Position numbers and translations under genes: made by a program
Notes under the pieces: generated by a model
Databases searched by the model: none
What the model was told of the DNA's origin: nothing
What the model saw: only the letters and a program-made list of their open reading frames with translations
Shown here: positions 24,332 to 32,327 of the stretch, piece by piece
Position numbering within the stretch: position 1 is the stretch's first letter
How the letters are laid out: each line of letters starts with the position of its first letter
Origin: Acidobacteriota bacterium
Lineage (GTDB): Bacteria > Acidobacteriota > Thermoanaerobaculia > UBA5066 > Gp7-AA6
Reading direction: 5' to 3'
DNA length: 59,458 bases
NCBI GenBank assembly: GCA_040004075.1
Contig: JBDUBP010000200.1
Span: forward strand, 1 to 59,458

Positions 24332-24971
24332 GGACTACTTCGCCGCGGCGGAGGCGGCCTTCATCCGCCGCCGGGGAACGCCTTTTCTCCTCTCGCCGCG
24401 GGATTTCGCCCTGCTGACCGAATGGCGGGCTCTCGGGGTGCCCATCGAGGCCATCGAGCAGGGGATCGACGAGGCGTTCGCGCGCAGGGAAGAGCGGGGC
24501 GCCGCCGGGCGGGTCAACTCGCTGTCCTATTGCCGTGACGCCGTGCTCGGGGCCTGGGAGCGCCGCGCCGAGGCCGCCATCGGACGGGGCACGGGGCGGA
24601 CCGCGCAGGAGCCCGACTCCGGCACTTCGCTCTCGGCCCTCGCGGCGCGCCTGACGGAGCTCGCCGCCGCGCGCCCGGATCTCGAGACGCCGCTGGCATC
24701 CGCCGCCCGGTCGGTCGCGCGGCTCGCGGCTTCGAGCAGAGATCCCGCCGCGGCGGAAGACGCGCTGGCTCGCCTGGACAAGAGGCTGGCGGGCGCTCTG
24801 TACGACGCGCTTCCCGAAGCCGAGCGCGAGCGGGTCGACGGCGAAGTCACGGGACAGCTCGCCCGCGCCCGGGTGCGGCTGGACGAGGAGACCGCGGGAA
24901 AGACCGCGCGCGCGCTTCGCCGCCGCGCCGTGCGGGAAGCTCTCGGCGTTCCGCGCCTGTCGCTCCTCTAG
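24309..24971 (+). CDS. hypothetical protein (Arg/Ala-rich helical)
   Basis: 220-aa ORF in operon position overlapping the coaX end. No motif recognised. Confidence 0.45.
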   Translation: MNETGEDRDYFAAAEAAFIRRRGTPFLLSPRDFALLTEWRALGVPIEAIEQGIDEAFARREERGAAGRVNSLSYCRDAVLGAWERRAEAAIGRGTGRTAQEPDSGTSLSALAARLTELAAARPDLETPLASAARSVARLAASSRDPAAAEDALARLDKRLAGALYDALPEAERERVDGEVTGQLARARVRLDEETAGKTARALRRRAVREALGVPRLSLL

Positions 24972-24990
24972 CAGCGCAATTCCCTCCTCG

Positions 24991-26259
24991 ATGTCGTTCC
25001 GTGCCGTCGTCGAAAAACTCGCTCCCACGGGCGAGGGCCTCGTCAGGACAAATGAGGGTGTGGGGCTCGTGGACGGCGTTCTTCCCGGCGAGGAGGTCGA
25101 GATCGAGATCGTTCGAAGATCGCGCAAGATCTGGAGGGGCCGCGCGGTGGCGGTGCAGCGGGCATCTCCGGACCGGCGGACGGGGGGGCACGCCGACGGA
25201 TGTCCGGCGTGCGACTGGGCGCATTTCGATCCCTCGGCGGCGCGGGCCGCCAAGCGGGACCTCTTCCTGGAGACGATGGCGCGCATCGGCAGGGTGCCGG
25301 CGGCGTCGTTCGGCGATCTCGCCGTCGAGCCCTCGGGCCCGGGATACCGGCTGAGGAGCCGCTTCCACGCAGAGCGTCAGGAAGGCCTTCTGCGGGTGGG
25401 AGGGTTTGCGCCCGGGACGCATCGCGTCGAGCCGCTCGACGCCTGCGAGGCCCTGAGCGGATCCCTGCGCGCCCTTCTCCCGCGTCTCGCCGAGGCCCTC
25501 GTCCCCTTTCCGCCGCCTCTCGAGATCGCGACGCTCGAATCCCCGGACGGCGGGCTCAGGCTTGCGCGCCCCGTCATCGCGGGCGAAGGGCGGGAAGCCG
25601 TTCCGATGGCCCGGGCCCTCGCCCCGCTCTTCGACGGCGTGAGCGTCGTCGATTCGAGAGGCGCTTCGCGGCGCCGCGCGGGCGCCCCGCGTCTCTGGAT
25701 TCCCGTGTTAGGGCGCGAGTGCCCGGCGTCCCCGGGGACGTTCTTCCAGGGCAACCGCTTTCTTTTGGAGCCCCTCGCCGGGCACGTCGGCGAGCTCGCG
25801 GCGGCGGTGCCGCCGGGCCGCGCCCTGGACCTGTTCGGCGGTTCCGGCCTTTTCGCCGGCGCTCTGCTCGGCGCCGGCCACCAGGTGACCTCCGTCGAAG
25901 GCCACGCGGAAGCGGCGGGGGACGCGAGGCTCGCGCGCGATCGGTGGGGGTCGGGAGATCGGTGGCGTATCGAACAGGCGCCGGTCGCGGAGTTCGTCCG
26001 CGTCGACCACGGGCGCGAGGAGCTGATCGTGGTCGATCCTCCCCGCGCGGGCCTCGGTCTTCCGCTTTCGCGCGCTCTCGCCGGCCGCGCGCGCCGCCGG
26101 CTCATCTACGTTTCCTGCGATCCGGCGACGCTCGCACGAGACCTCGCGGCCATTCTGCCCCAGGGATGGGAGATCGCCGGCGCGCGGCTGTTCGACCTGT
26201 TCGCCTTGACCCACCGCGTCGAGGCGGTCGTGGCCCTGGAGCGGATCCGGGCCGCGTGA
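24991..26259 (+). CDS. class I SAM-dependent RNA methyltransferase (RumA/TrmA family)
   Basis: TRAM-like N-terminus, the segment LDLFGGSGLFAG, the nucleophile region VDPPRAGL..IYVSCDPATLARD, and the C-terminus DLFALTHRVEAV. Confidence 0.75.
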   Translation: MSFRAVVEKLAPTGEGLVRTNEGVGLVDGVLPGEEVEIEIVRRSRKIWRGRAVAVQRASPDRRTGGHADGCPACDWAHFDPSAARAAKRDLFLETMARIGRVPAASFGDLAVEPSGPGYRLRSRFHAERQEGLLRVGGFAPGTHRVEPLDACEALSGSLRALLPRLAEALVPFPPPLEIATLESPDGGLRLARPVIAGEGREAVPMARALAPLFDGVSVVDSRGASRRRAGAPRLWIPVLGRECPASPGTFFQGNRFLLEPLAGHVGELAAAVPPGRALDLFGGSGLFAGALLGAGHQVTSVEGHAEAAGDARLARDRWGSGDRWRIEQAPVAEFVRVDHGREELIVVDPPRAGLGLPLSRALAGRARRRLIYVSCDPATLARDLAAILPQGWEIAGARLFDLFALTHRVEAVVALERIRAA

Positions 26260-28634
26260 GGGCCGCGGAACCGGCCCACTATCGGCGGGCCCCCGCGCCC
26301 GCCGCCCGCGCCGCCCTTGCGTTCGTCTCGGGGATCGCGCTCGGAGCGCGCGCGACGAGCGGCGCGGCAGGAGCGCTCGTTCTGGCAGGTCTCTGCGGCG
26401 CTCTTTTCCTAGCGGATTCGCGGCGCGGGCAGGGCGGACGCATCTCGCAGGCCGCGGGCGCCGTCCTCTTTCTCGCTCTGGGCTTCGCGGAGGGCCGCCT
26501 GCGGCTCGCCGTCCCGGGCCGCCAGGCCGGGGACGCCTTCGCCGCCCTTCCCGCGTCCCCCGACCGCATCGACCGGGTCGAAGGGGTGCTCGCGGATTTC
26601 TGGACGGGAGCGCCGCCACGCGCGCACGGACGTTTGAGCGCCGATCGGCTCTGGAACGGCTCCGAGTGGCGGCCCTTTCGCGCGGAAGTCCTCCTCTTCG
26701 TCTCGGGCGAAGCCCCGGTCGCCCGCGTCGCCGACCGGGGAGACCGGGTCGTCGCGGTCGGGAAGCTGCGCCTCGAAGGCCTCGCGGCATCCGACCGCGA
26801 CATCGCGCTTCCGTGGCCCGTCTACCGCCTCTCGGTCAAAAGCGCGCTGCGCATCGAGTCGCCGCGCTCGACGTTTCTTTCCTTCCTGGCGGGTCCCAAC
26901 CGCTGGCTCCATGAGCGGCTGGCGGCCGCGCGGCCGGGCGACGCGGCCTTCGATCGCGACGTCCGCGGCCCGCTCGCGGCGATTCTTCTCGGCCGGACTT
27001 CGGGGCTCGATCGCGGCATGGTCGCCAGATACCGGAGGGGAGGCCTCTACCATCTCCTGGTCATCGCGGGACTGCACGTCGGACTGGCCGCCGGGATGGC
27101 GCTGCTCGCGCTACGCCTGATGTCCGTTCGGGGAAACTGGCGCGAGGCGGTGCTGCTCGCCGTCGTCGTGATCTTCGTCCTCGTGGGAGGCGCGAACCCG
27201 CCGGCGGTCCGGGCCGGCATCGTCTTCACGGTTTTCCTGGCGACCCGGCTTCTGGAGCGTCCCGTCGCGCCGGCGCAGGCGATCGGGCTCTCGGCGCTGA
27301 TCCTGCTCGCCGCCGCACCCGCGCAGCTTTATGCGATCGGAACGCTGTTGACGTTCGCCGCGGTCTGCGGCATCGCGGCGTTTGCCGGACTGCTGCGCGA
27401 GCGGCTGCCTCGCCGGCCGGGGTTCCTCTTTTCGGGACTCGCCGCGGCCGTGGCCGCACAGATCGGAACGGCGCCCCTCCTGCTCTGGCGCTTCAACGTC
27501 GTCTCCGCGGGCGCGTGGATCACGGCCCCGCTCGCGATTCCGATCGCCGGAGGGCTGATCGCCGTCGGCGCGGCGATTCTCGCGTGCCTCGCCGCCGGAC
27601 TTCCTGCCGGCGTGCTGATCTCTATTTTCGCGGCGGGCTCGCGCACTCTGGAAGCGCTGGCGGAGCGGACGGCCGGAGTGGCTTTTCTGAGACCCACCCC
27701 TCCCCTCGCCGCGACGCTCGCGGTCTCCGTCCTGCTGGCCTTCGGAGTGCTTCTCCGGGGCAGGCCCCGCGCGGCCGCCTTCAGTTCCGCCGCTCTTCTC
27801 TTCCTCTTTCTCGCCGTCCGAAGCGGACCCGCGGGACCGGCGCGCGGGTTCACGCTCGAGGCCCTCGACGTCGGACAGGGCGACGCCTTCCTTCTCCGAT
27901 GGGGCTCGCACGCCGTCCTCGTCGACGGAGGAGGACCGTTCGACCTGGAGGCCCGGGACTTCGGCCGCACCCGTCTTCTTCCGAAGCTGCTCGATCGCGG
28001 GGTGTGCCGGCTGGACGCGGCGCTCGTGACCCACCCGCACCCCGACCACGCGCTCGGGATCTTCGCCGTGGTGGACGAGCTCCCGGTCGGAGCGCTCTGG
28101 CTGTCCGACGGGGACGACGAGAACGGCATCTACCGGGACCTGGCCGCGGCGGCGGCGCGCCGCCGCGTGCCGGTGCGGGTCCTGCGCCGAGGGAGCGTGG
28201 CGCGCTGGGCGGACGCGACCCTCTCGGTCCTGCGTTCGGGCGGATCGCGCACGAAGCGGGACCCGACCAATAACCAGTCGGTCGTCGCCGTCTTCGAACG
28301 CCAGGGACGGCGCGCTCTTTTGACCGGCGACGCGGGGGCCGCGGCCGAGGCGGAGCTCCTGAGGACCGCCAGAGGACGGTTGCATGCCGACGTGCTGAAG
28401 GTGGGGCACCACGGCAGCCGCGGTTCCACGCTGCCCGCGTTTCTCGCCGCGGTCTCCCCCCGGGCGGCCCTCCTCTCCTGCGGGCGCGAGAACCGGTTCG
28501 GACATCCCGCCGCCGAGACCCTGGCCTCCCTTGCGGCCGCGCGAATTCGGGTCTTCCGCACGGACCTCGATTCCGACATCCTTCTGGAGCTTTTCCCGGA
28601 AGGAACGCGCGTGCACAAACGGGAGCTGCCCTGA
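26256..28634 (+). CDS. comEC: DNA internalization-related competence protein ComEC/Rec2
   Basis: GTGA overlap with the upstream stop. Polytopic membrane core (GLYHLLVIAGLHVG) plus a C-terminal metallo-beta-lactamase domain (DVGQGDAFLL...THPHPDHALG...LKVGHHGSRGS). Confidence 0.85.
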   Translation: MRAAEPAHYRRAPAPAARAALAFVSGIALGARATSGAAGALVLAGLCGALFLADSRRGQGGRISQAAGAVLFLALGFAEGRLRLAVPGRQAGDAFAALPASPDRIDRVEGVLADFWTGAPPRAHGRLSADRLWNGSEWRPFRAEVLLFVSGEAPVARVADRGDRVVAVGKLRLEGLAASDRDIALPWPVYRLSVKSALRIESPRSTFLSFLAGPNRWLHERLAAARPGDAAFDRDVRGPLAAILLGRTSGLDRGMVARYRRGGLYHLLVIAGLHVGLAAGMALLALRLMSVRGNWREAVLLAVVVIFVLVGGANPPAVRAGIVFTVFLATRLLERPVAPAQAIGLSALILLAAAPAQLYAIGTLLTFAAVCGIAAFAGLLRERLPRRPGFLFSGLAAAVAAQIGTAPLLLWRFNVVSAGAWITAPLAIPIAGGLIAVGAAILACLAAGLPAGVLISIFAAGSRTLEALAERTAGVAFLRPTPPLAATLAVSVLLAFGVLLRGRPRAAAFSSAALLFLFLAVRSGPAGPARGFTLEALDVGQGDAFLLRWGSHAVLVDGGGPFDLEARDFGRTRLLPKLLDRGVCRLDAALVTHPHPDHALGIFAVVDELPVGALWLSDGDDENGIYRDLAAAAARRRVPVRVLRRGSVARWADATLSVLRSGGSRTKRDPTNNQSVVAVFERQGRRALLTGDAGAAAEAELLRTARGRLHADVLKVGHHGSRGSTLPAFLAAVSPRAALLSCGRENRFGHPAAETLASLAAARIRVFRTDLDSDILLELFPEGTRVHKRELP

Positions 28635-28663
28635 GACGGATCGCGCCGGCGACCCTGCTGGTC

Positions 28664-29569
28664 GTGCTCGGCCCGACCGCGTCCGGAAAGTCTGAGCTCG
28701 CGCACGAGGTGGCGCTCGAGCGAAACGGCGAGATCGTCTCGGCCGACGCGTTTGCTGTCTACCGCGGCCTCGACGCCGGGACGGCCAAGCCCTCGCGGGA
28801 CCGGCGCCGCGAGGTTCCTTACTGGGGTATCGACGTCGCCGAGCCCGGGGAGGCTTACTCCGCGGGACGGTGGGCGCGGGACGCGCGCGGCTGGGTCGAC
28901 GACATCGCGCGGCGTGGAAGGCTTCCCATCCTTTGCGGAGGAAGCGGCTTCTACCTCTCGGCTCTTCTGGAGGGGCTTCCTCCGTTGGACGAGATGGACC
29001 CCGCCCTCCGGACGGCGCTCGCGGCGTGGGGGCGGCCCCGTCCGGAGGCTGCGCATCGGTTCCTGGAAATGAACGATCCGGTCTCCGCGAGCCGGATCCC
29101 GCCCGCGAATCTCCGGTACACGCTGCGCGCCCTCGAGATCCTGCTGACGACGGGCGTGCGGCCCTCCGACCGCCCTCGGACGGGCGGCGGCTGGACCGCG
29201 CGATGGCGTCTCGTGAAGGTCGGGATCCGGCCTCCGCGGGAGGATCTCTATGCTAGGATCGCCCACCGAGTCGCCTGGATGCTCGACGCGGGCTGGGCCA
29301 GCGAGGTCAGGCGGTTGCTCGAAGACGGTGTCCCGATCGAGTCGCAGGCTTTTTCTGCGATCGGCTACCGGGAAGTGGCGGAGTGGGTCTGCGGACGGGC
29401 GGATCGGCGAGAGACGGAAGACAAAATCGTGGCGGCCACCCGTCAGCTCGCCAAACGTCAACGGACCTGGTTCGCGCGGGAGAGCGGTGTCGAGTGGCTG
29501 TCACCGGAGCGGGCTCTGGCGGCAACTCTCGCTCGCCTGGATGAGGACGAGACGGAGAGAAGCGGATGA
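28664..29569 (+). CDS. miaA: tRNA dimethylallyltransferase (the true start is more likely CTG 28631)
   Basis: P-loop GPTASGKS and RQLAKRQRTWF. The GTG at 28664 leaves only two residues before the P-loop, whereas the in-frame CTG at 28631 adds LRRIAPATLLV. Confidence 0.85.
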   Translation: MLGPTASGKSELAHEVALERNGEIVSADAFAVYRGLDAGTAKPSRDRRREVPYWGIDVAEPGEAYSAGRWARDARGWVDDIARRGRLPILCGGSGFYLSALLEGLPPLDEMDPALRTALAAWGRPRPEAAHRFLEMNDPVSASRIPPANLRYTLRALEILLTTGVRPSDRPRTGGGWTARWRLVKVGIRPPREDLYARIAHRVAWMLDAGWASEVRRLLEDGVPIESQAFSAIGYREVAEWVCGRADRRETEDKIVAATRQLAKRQRTWFARESGVEWLSPERALAATLARLDEDETERSG

Positions 29570-29787
29570 ACAAGGCCCCGATCAACGTTCAGGACTCCTT
29601 TTTCTACAATCTGCGCAAAGACAACATCGCGATCACGGTTCGATTGACGTCCGGGGAGGAACGGATGGGCCGCCTCCGCCGCTTCGACAAGTTCGCGCTC
29701 GTGTTGGAAGTCGACGGCCGCGAAGAAATGATCTACAAGCACGCGATCGCCTCGATCCGGTCGGAGAGCGTTCCTCCCGGCCCATGA
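29566..29787 (+). CDS. hfq: RNA chaperone Hfq
   Basis: Sm motifs QDSFFYNLRKDNIAITVRLTSGEERMGRLRRFDKFALVL...IYKHAIASI, in the conserved miaA-hfq arrangement. Confidence 0.9.
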   Translation: MNKAPINVQDSFFYNLRKDNIAITVRLTSGEERMGRLRRFDKFALVLEVDGREEMIYKHAIASIRSESVPPGP

Positions 29788-29818
29788 GACGCCTCGGGCG
29801 GACGCCACGCGCGTTCGC

Positions 29819-31201
29819 ATGAGCCCGAACTCCCGCCACCCGCCTTTCCCTCCGCGTACCATGGGCTCTCCGCGCCGCGCGCCGGCTCGATCGCGATCGC
29901 TGCCCATCCTCCGCGCCGCGATCCTGGCCGTGTTCGCGGCGGCGAGCCCCCGTTGCGCTTCGGCGCCCCACCAGGTCCAGGTCCGCGATACCTTCCCGCT
30001 CGATCCGCGCGAGGAGCTTTCGGGCCCTTTTCCCGAAGGGATCGAGCGAGGGTGGGACGCCCTCTGGTCCGGCGATGCCCCTGCCGCGTCCCGGGCATTC
30101 GAGGAGGCTCGCGGCCGTGAGGGTCCCCATCTCGCCGCCGACATCGGCTGGATCGCGTCGCAGGTCCTGCTCGGCCGCTTCGAACCCGCGGATGCGGCAT
30201 GCGTCGAGACGCTCAGCTCCGGCGAGCCGACCCTTCCTCTCCTGGTCGCGTGCGGCGAAGCGCGGGGTCGCGGAGGCCGGCCCGCCGAGGGATACCGGCT
30301 CTACGTCCGCGCTCTCGCTCGCAATCCGAAGCGCGGCGGCCTCGCGGCGCGCGCGGAGGAGCTTCGCCTGTCGGCGCGCGACGCTCTCGCGGCGCAGGCC
30401 CGGGTGGCTTCGGAAGAGCATCGGTGGGCGGAGGCCCGCGAGCGGATCGCGGCAGCGATCGACGTGGCGCCGGAGTCTGTGCCGATCCGCATTCTCGCGG
30501 CCGAAATAGAAAGCTCCGCGGGGCAGACCGACAAGTCGCTGCAGCGTTACCGGGAGGCGTGGGACATGGACCCGAGCAACGCCGCGGTCGGAGAGCGCGT
30601 CGGGGACCTCGCGATCGAGCAGGAAGACTATGCGCTCGCGGCCGGCGCGTTCGACCGCCTCGCCCGGTCGGATCCGAATCTGAAGGCCCGCGCGGACGAA
30701 GCCCGCCTGCTTTTTCGCGTCGCCAACTGGCCTCTGACCGAGCGGGAGGCAGCCCGCGCGGAGCGGCTGAGCCGCGCGAAGGCGGCCTCCCTCGTCTGGT
30801 GGATGTTCCCGGAAGTCCGCGAGGCGCGCGTGAGCTCCGGCATCATCGCGAGCGACGCCGTCTCGCGGCGCGACAGCCGCGCCTTCACGCGCGCGCTCGC
30901 GCTCGGCCTCCTCGAGGTGGACCGCGAGACGCATCGGGGCAATCCCGACTCGACGCTGACTCTCGGCGCCGCTTCCCGCCTCCTCCTGCGGCTCCTCGCG
31001 CTCGTGCGGCCCGGAGTGGAGGCGCCGTGCCTCGAGAAGGAGGGCGGCCGCGTCGGGCGCAGCGCCGCGGACGCGATCCGCGCCTCGGAGGCCTGCGGCT
31101 TCTGGAAAGAGGGAGAGGGCGGTCCTCCGGGAGGTCCGGCGTTCACGCGGGCTCTCGACCGGATCCGGGCTCTGGCGGCGCCCGCCGCGGTGTCCGAGTG
31201 A
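29819..31201 (+). CDS. secreted hypothetical protein with TPR-like helical repeats
   Basis: Signal-like segment LPILRAAILAVFAAASPRCASA (alternative start ATG 29861). The rest is Ala/Arg/Glu-rich helical repeats. Confidence 0.5.
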   Translation: MSPNSRHPPFPPRTMGSPRRAPARSRSLPILRAAILAVFAAASPRCASAPHQVQVRDTFPLDPREELSGPFPEGIERGWDALWSGDAPAASRAFEEARGREGPHLAADIGWIASQVLLGRFEPADAACVETLSSGEPTLPLLVACGEARGRGGRPAEGYRLYVRALARNPKRGGLAARAEELRLSARDALAAQARVASEEHRWAEARERIAAAIDVAPESVPIRILAAEIESSAGQTDKSLQRYREAWDMDPSNAAVGERVGDLAIEQEDYALAAGAFDRLARSDPNLKARADEARLLFRVANWPLTEREAARAERLSRAKAASLVWWMFPEVREARVSSGIIASDAVSRRDSRAFTRALALGLLEVDRETHRGNPDSTLTLGAASRLLLRLLALVRPGVEAPCLEKEGGRVGRSAADAIRASEACGFWKEGEGGPPGGPAFTRALDRIRALAAPAAVSE

Positions 31202-31830
31202 ACGAGGCCCCGCGGGGGGTGCTCCTCCGGGGCCCGTGGACGCTTCCGAACTTCATCACCCTGCTGCGGCTCGCCGCGCTGCCCTTTTTTCTGTATGCCA
31301 TCTCGCAGGGGCGGTTCGGGATCGCCCTGGTCGTCTTCATCGCCGCTGGCGTCTCGGACGGCATCGACGGATACCTCGCCCGGCGATTCGACATGCGCTC
31401 GGCGCTCGGCGCCTATCTCGACCCGATCGCCGACAAGCTCCTTCTGATGAGCTCCTATCTCTTCCTGACCATCCCCTCGTTTCCCGCGGCGGTCAAGGTT
31501 CCCGTGTGGCTCGCCTTTCTCGTGATCTCGCGCGACGTGCTTCTTCTCACGGTGGCGCTGCTCCTGATCCTCTCCTCGTCGAAGCGGCGATTCCCGCCGA
31601 CGTGGCTCGGAAAGGTGACGACCGTCACCCTGATCATCACGGTGCTCTTCGTCCTCTGCGCCAATCTCTGGAACTGGCCGCAGCCGGTCGTGCTGATCGC
31701 GTTCGGCGCGGCAGCGACGGTGACCATCCTGTCGGGCTTCGACTACATCTACCAGGTGGCGCGTCACTCGGCGGGCGACGGTTCCGCGCCGGAAGCGCCG
31801 GCTGCGCCGGGAGCCGCCCGACGTTCATGA
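31198..31830 (+). CDS. pgsA: CDP-alcohol phosphatidyltransferase (phosphatidylglycerophosphate synthase-like)
   Basis: GTGA overlap with the upstream stop. Contains the motif DGIDGYLARRFDMRSALGAYLDPIADK. Confidence 0.8.
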   Translation: MNEAPRGVLLRGPWTLPNFITLLRLAALPFFLYAISQGRFGIALVVFIAAGVSDGIDGYLARRFDMRSALGAYLDPIADKLLLMSSYLFLTIPSFPAAVKVPVWLAFLVISRDVLLLTVALLLILSSSKRRFPPTWLGKVTTVTLIITVLFVLCANLWNWPQPVVLIAFGAAATVTILSGFDYIYQVARHSAGDGSAPEAPAAPGAARRS

Positions 31831-32090
31831 CGCGGCTGCGGCTGCTGTCCCGGCCCGGCTGCCACCTGTGCGAGGAGCTCCGCCGGGAAACCGAGGGGAT
31901 GCTCGAGGGCATCGCGCACACGTGGGAGATCGTGGACGTCGACTCGCATCCCGATCTGGCGGCGCGTTTCGGACATGCGATTCCGATCCTCTTCGTCGGC
32001 GAACGTCTCTTCGCGAAAACGCGCCTTCCGCCGATCGCGACGCGGCTCCGGCTCCGGCGCGCTGCCCGCGCCGCTTCGGAGACGAGGTAG
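31827..32090 (+). CDS. glutaredoxin-like small protein (CxxC)
   Basis: Sequence LLSRPGCHLCEEL...IPILFVGERL. ATGA overlap with the pgsA stop. Confidence 0.65.
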   Translation: MTRLRLLSRPGCHLCEELRRETEGMLEGIAHTWEIVDVDSHPDLAARFGHAIPILFVGERLFAKTRLPPIATRLRLRRAARAASETR

Positions 32091-32327
32091 GAGTCTGTCC
32101 GAGTCATGTCCGAGGCCGAAGCGAGAGTGGGAGTGCAGGGCTGGTCTTTCGCCTGGGACCTTGCGGTCCCCCGAACCCCCGGCGGCGCGGAGGTGTAGCA
32201 AGGCGACGCTGCACAAGGCCCAGAGGCCAGGGGACTCCGAAGTCTTCTGCTCAGAATACGACCGAGATTCCGCTCGCAGCGAGAGCATCGCCGTCGCGCG
32301 GCGGGAGATTACGAGGACAGACTCCTA
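32088..32327. repeat. 13-bp perfect inverted repeat (TAGGAGTCTGTCC / GGACAGACTCCTA) bracketing the whole convergent intergenic region and containing both stop codons; internal hairpin GGGACC-ttgc-GGTCCC at 32155-32170
   Basis: Read directly. The arms are 32088-32100 and 32315-32327. Confidence 0.8.

Noticed and set aside
25200-26255. Long upstream extension of the comEC ORF (1144 aa). A similar extension of lspA (866 aa, 53048-55648) and of acpS (554 aa, 56679-58343) was also seen.
   Set aside because: The extensions overlap well-supported genes in other frames. The conserved protein sequence begins at internal starts that overlap the upstream stop codons.
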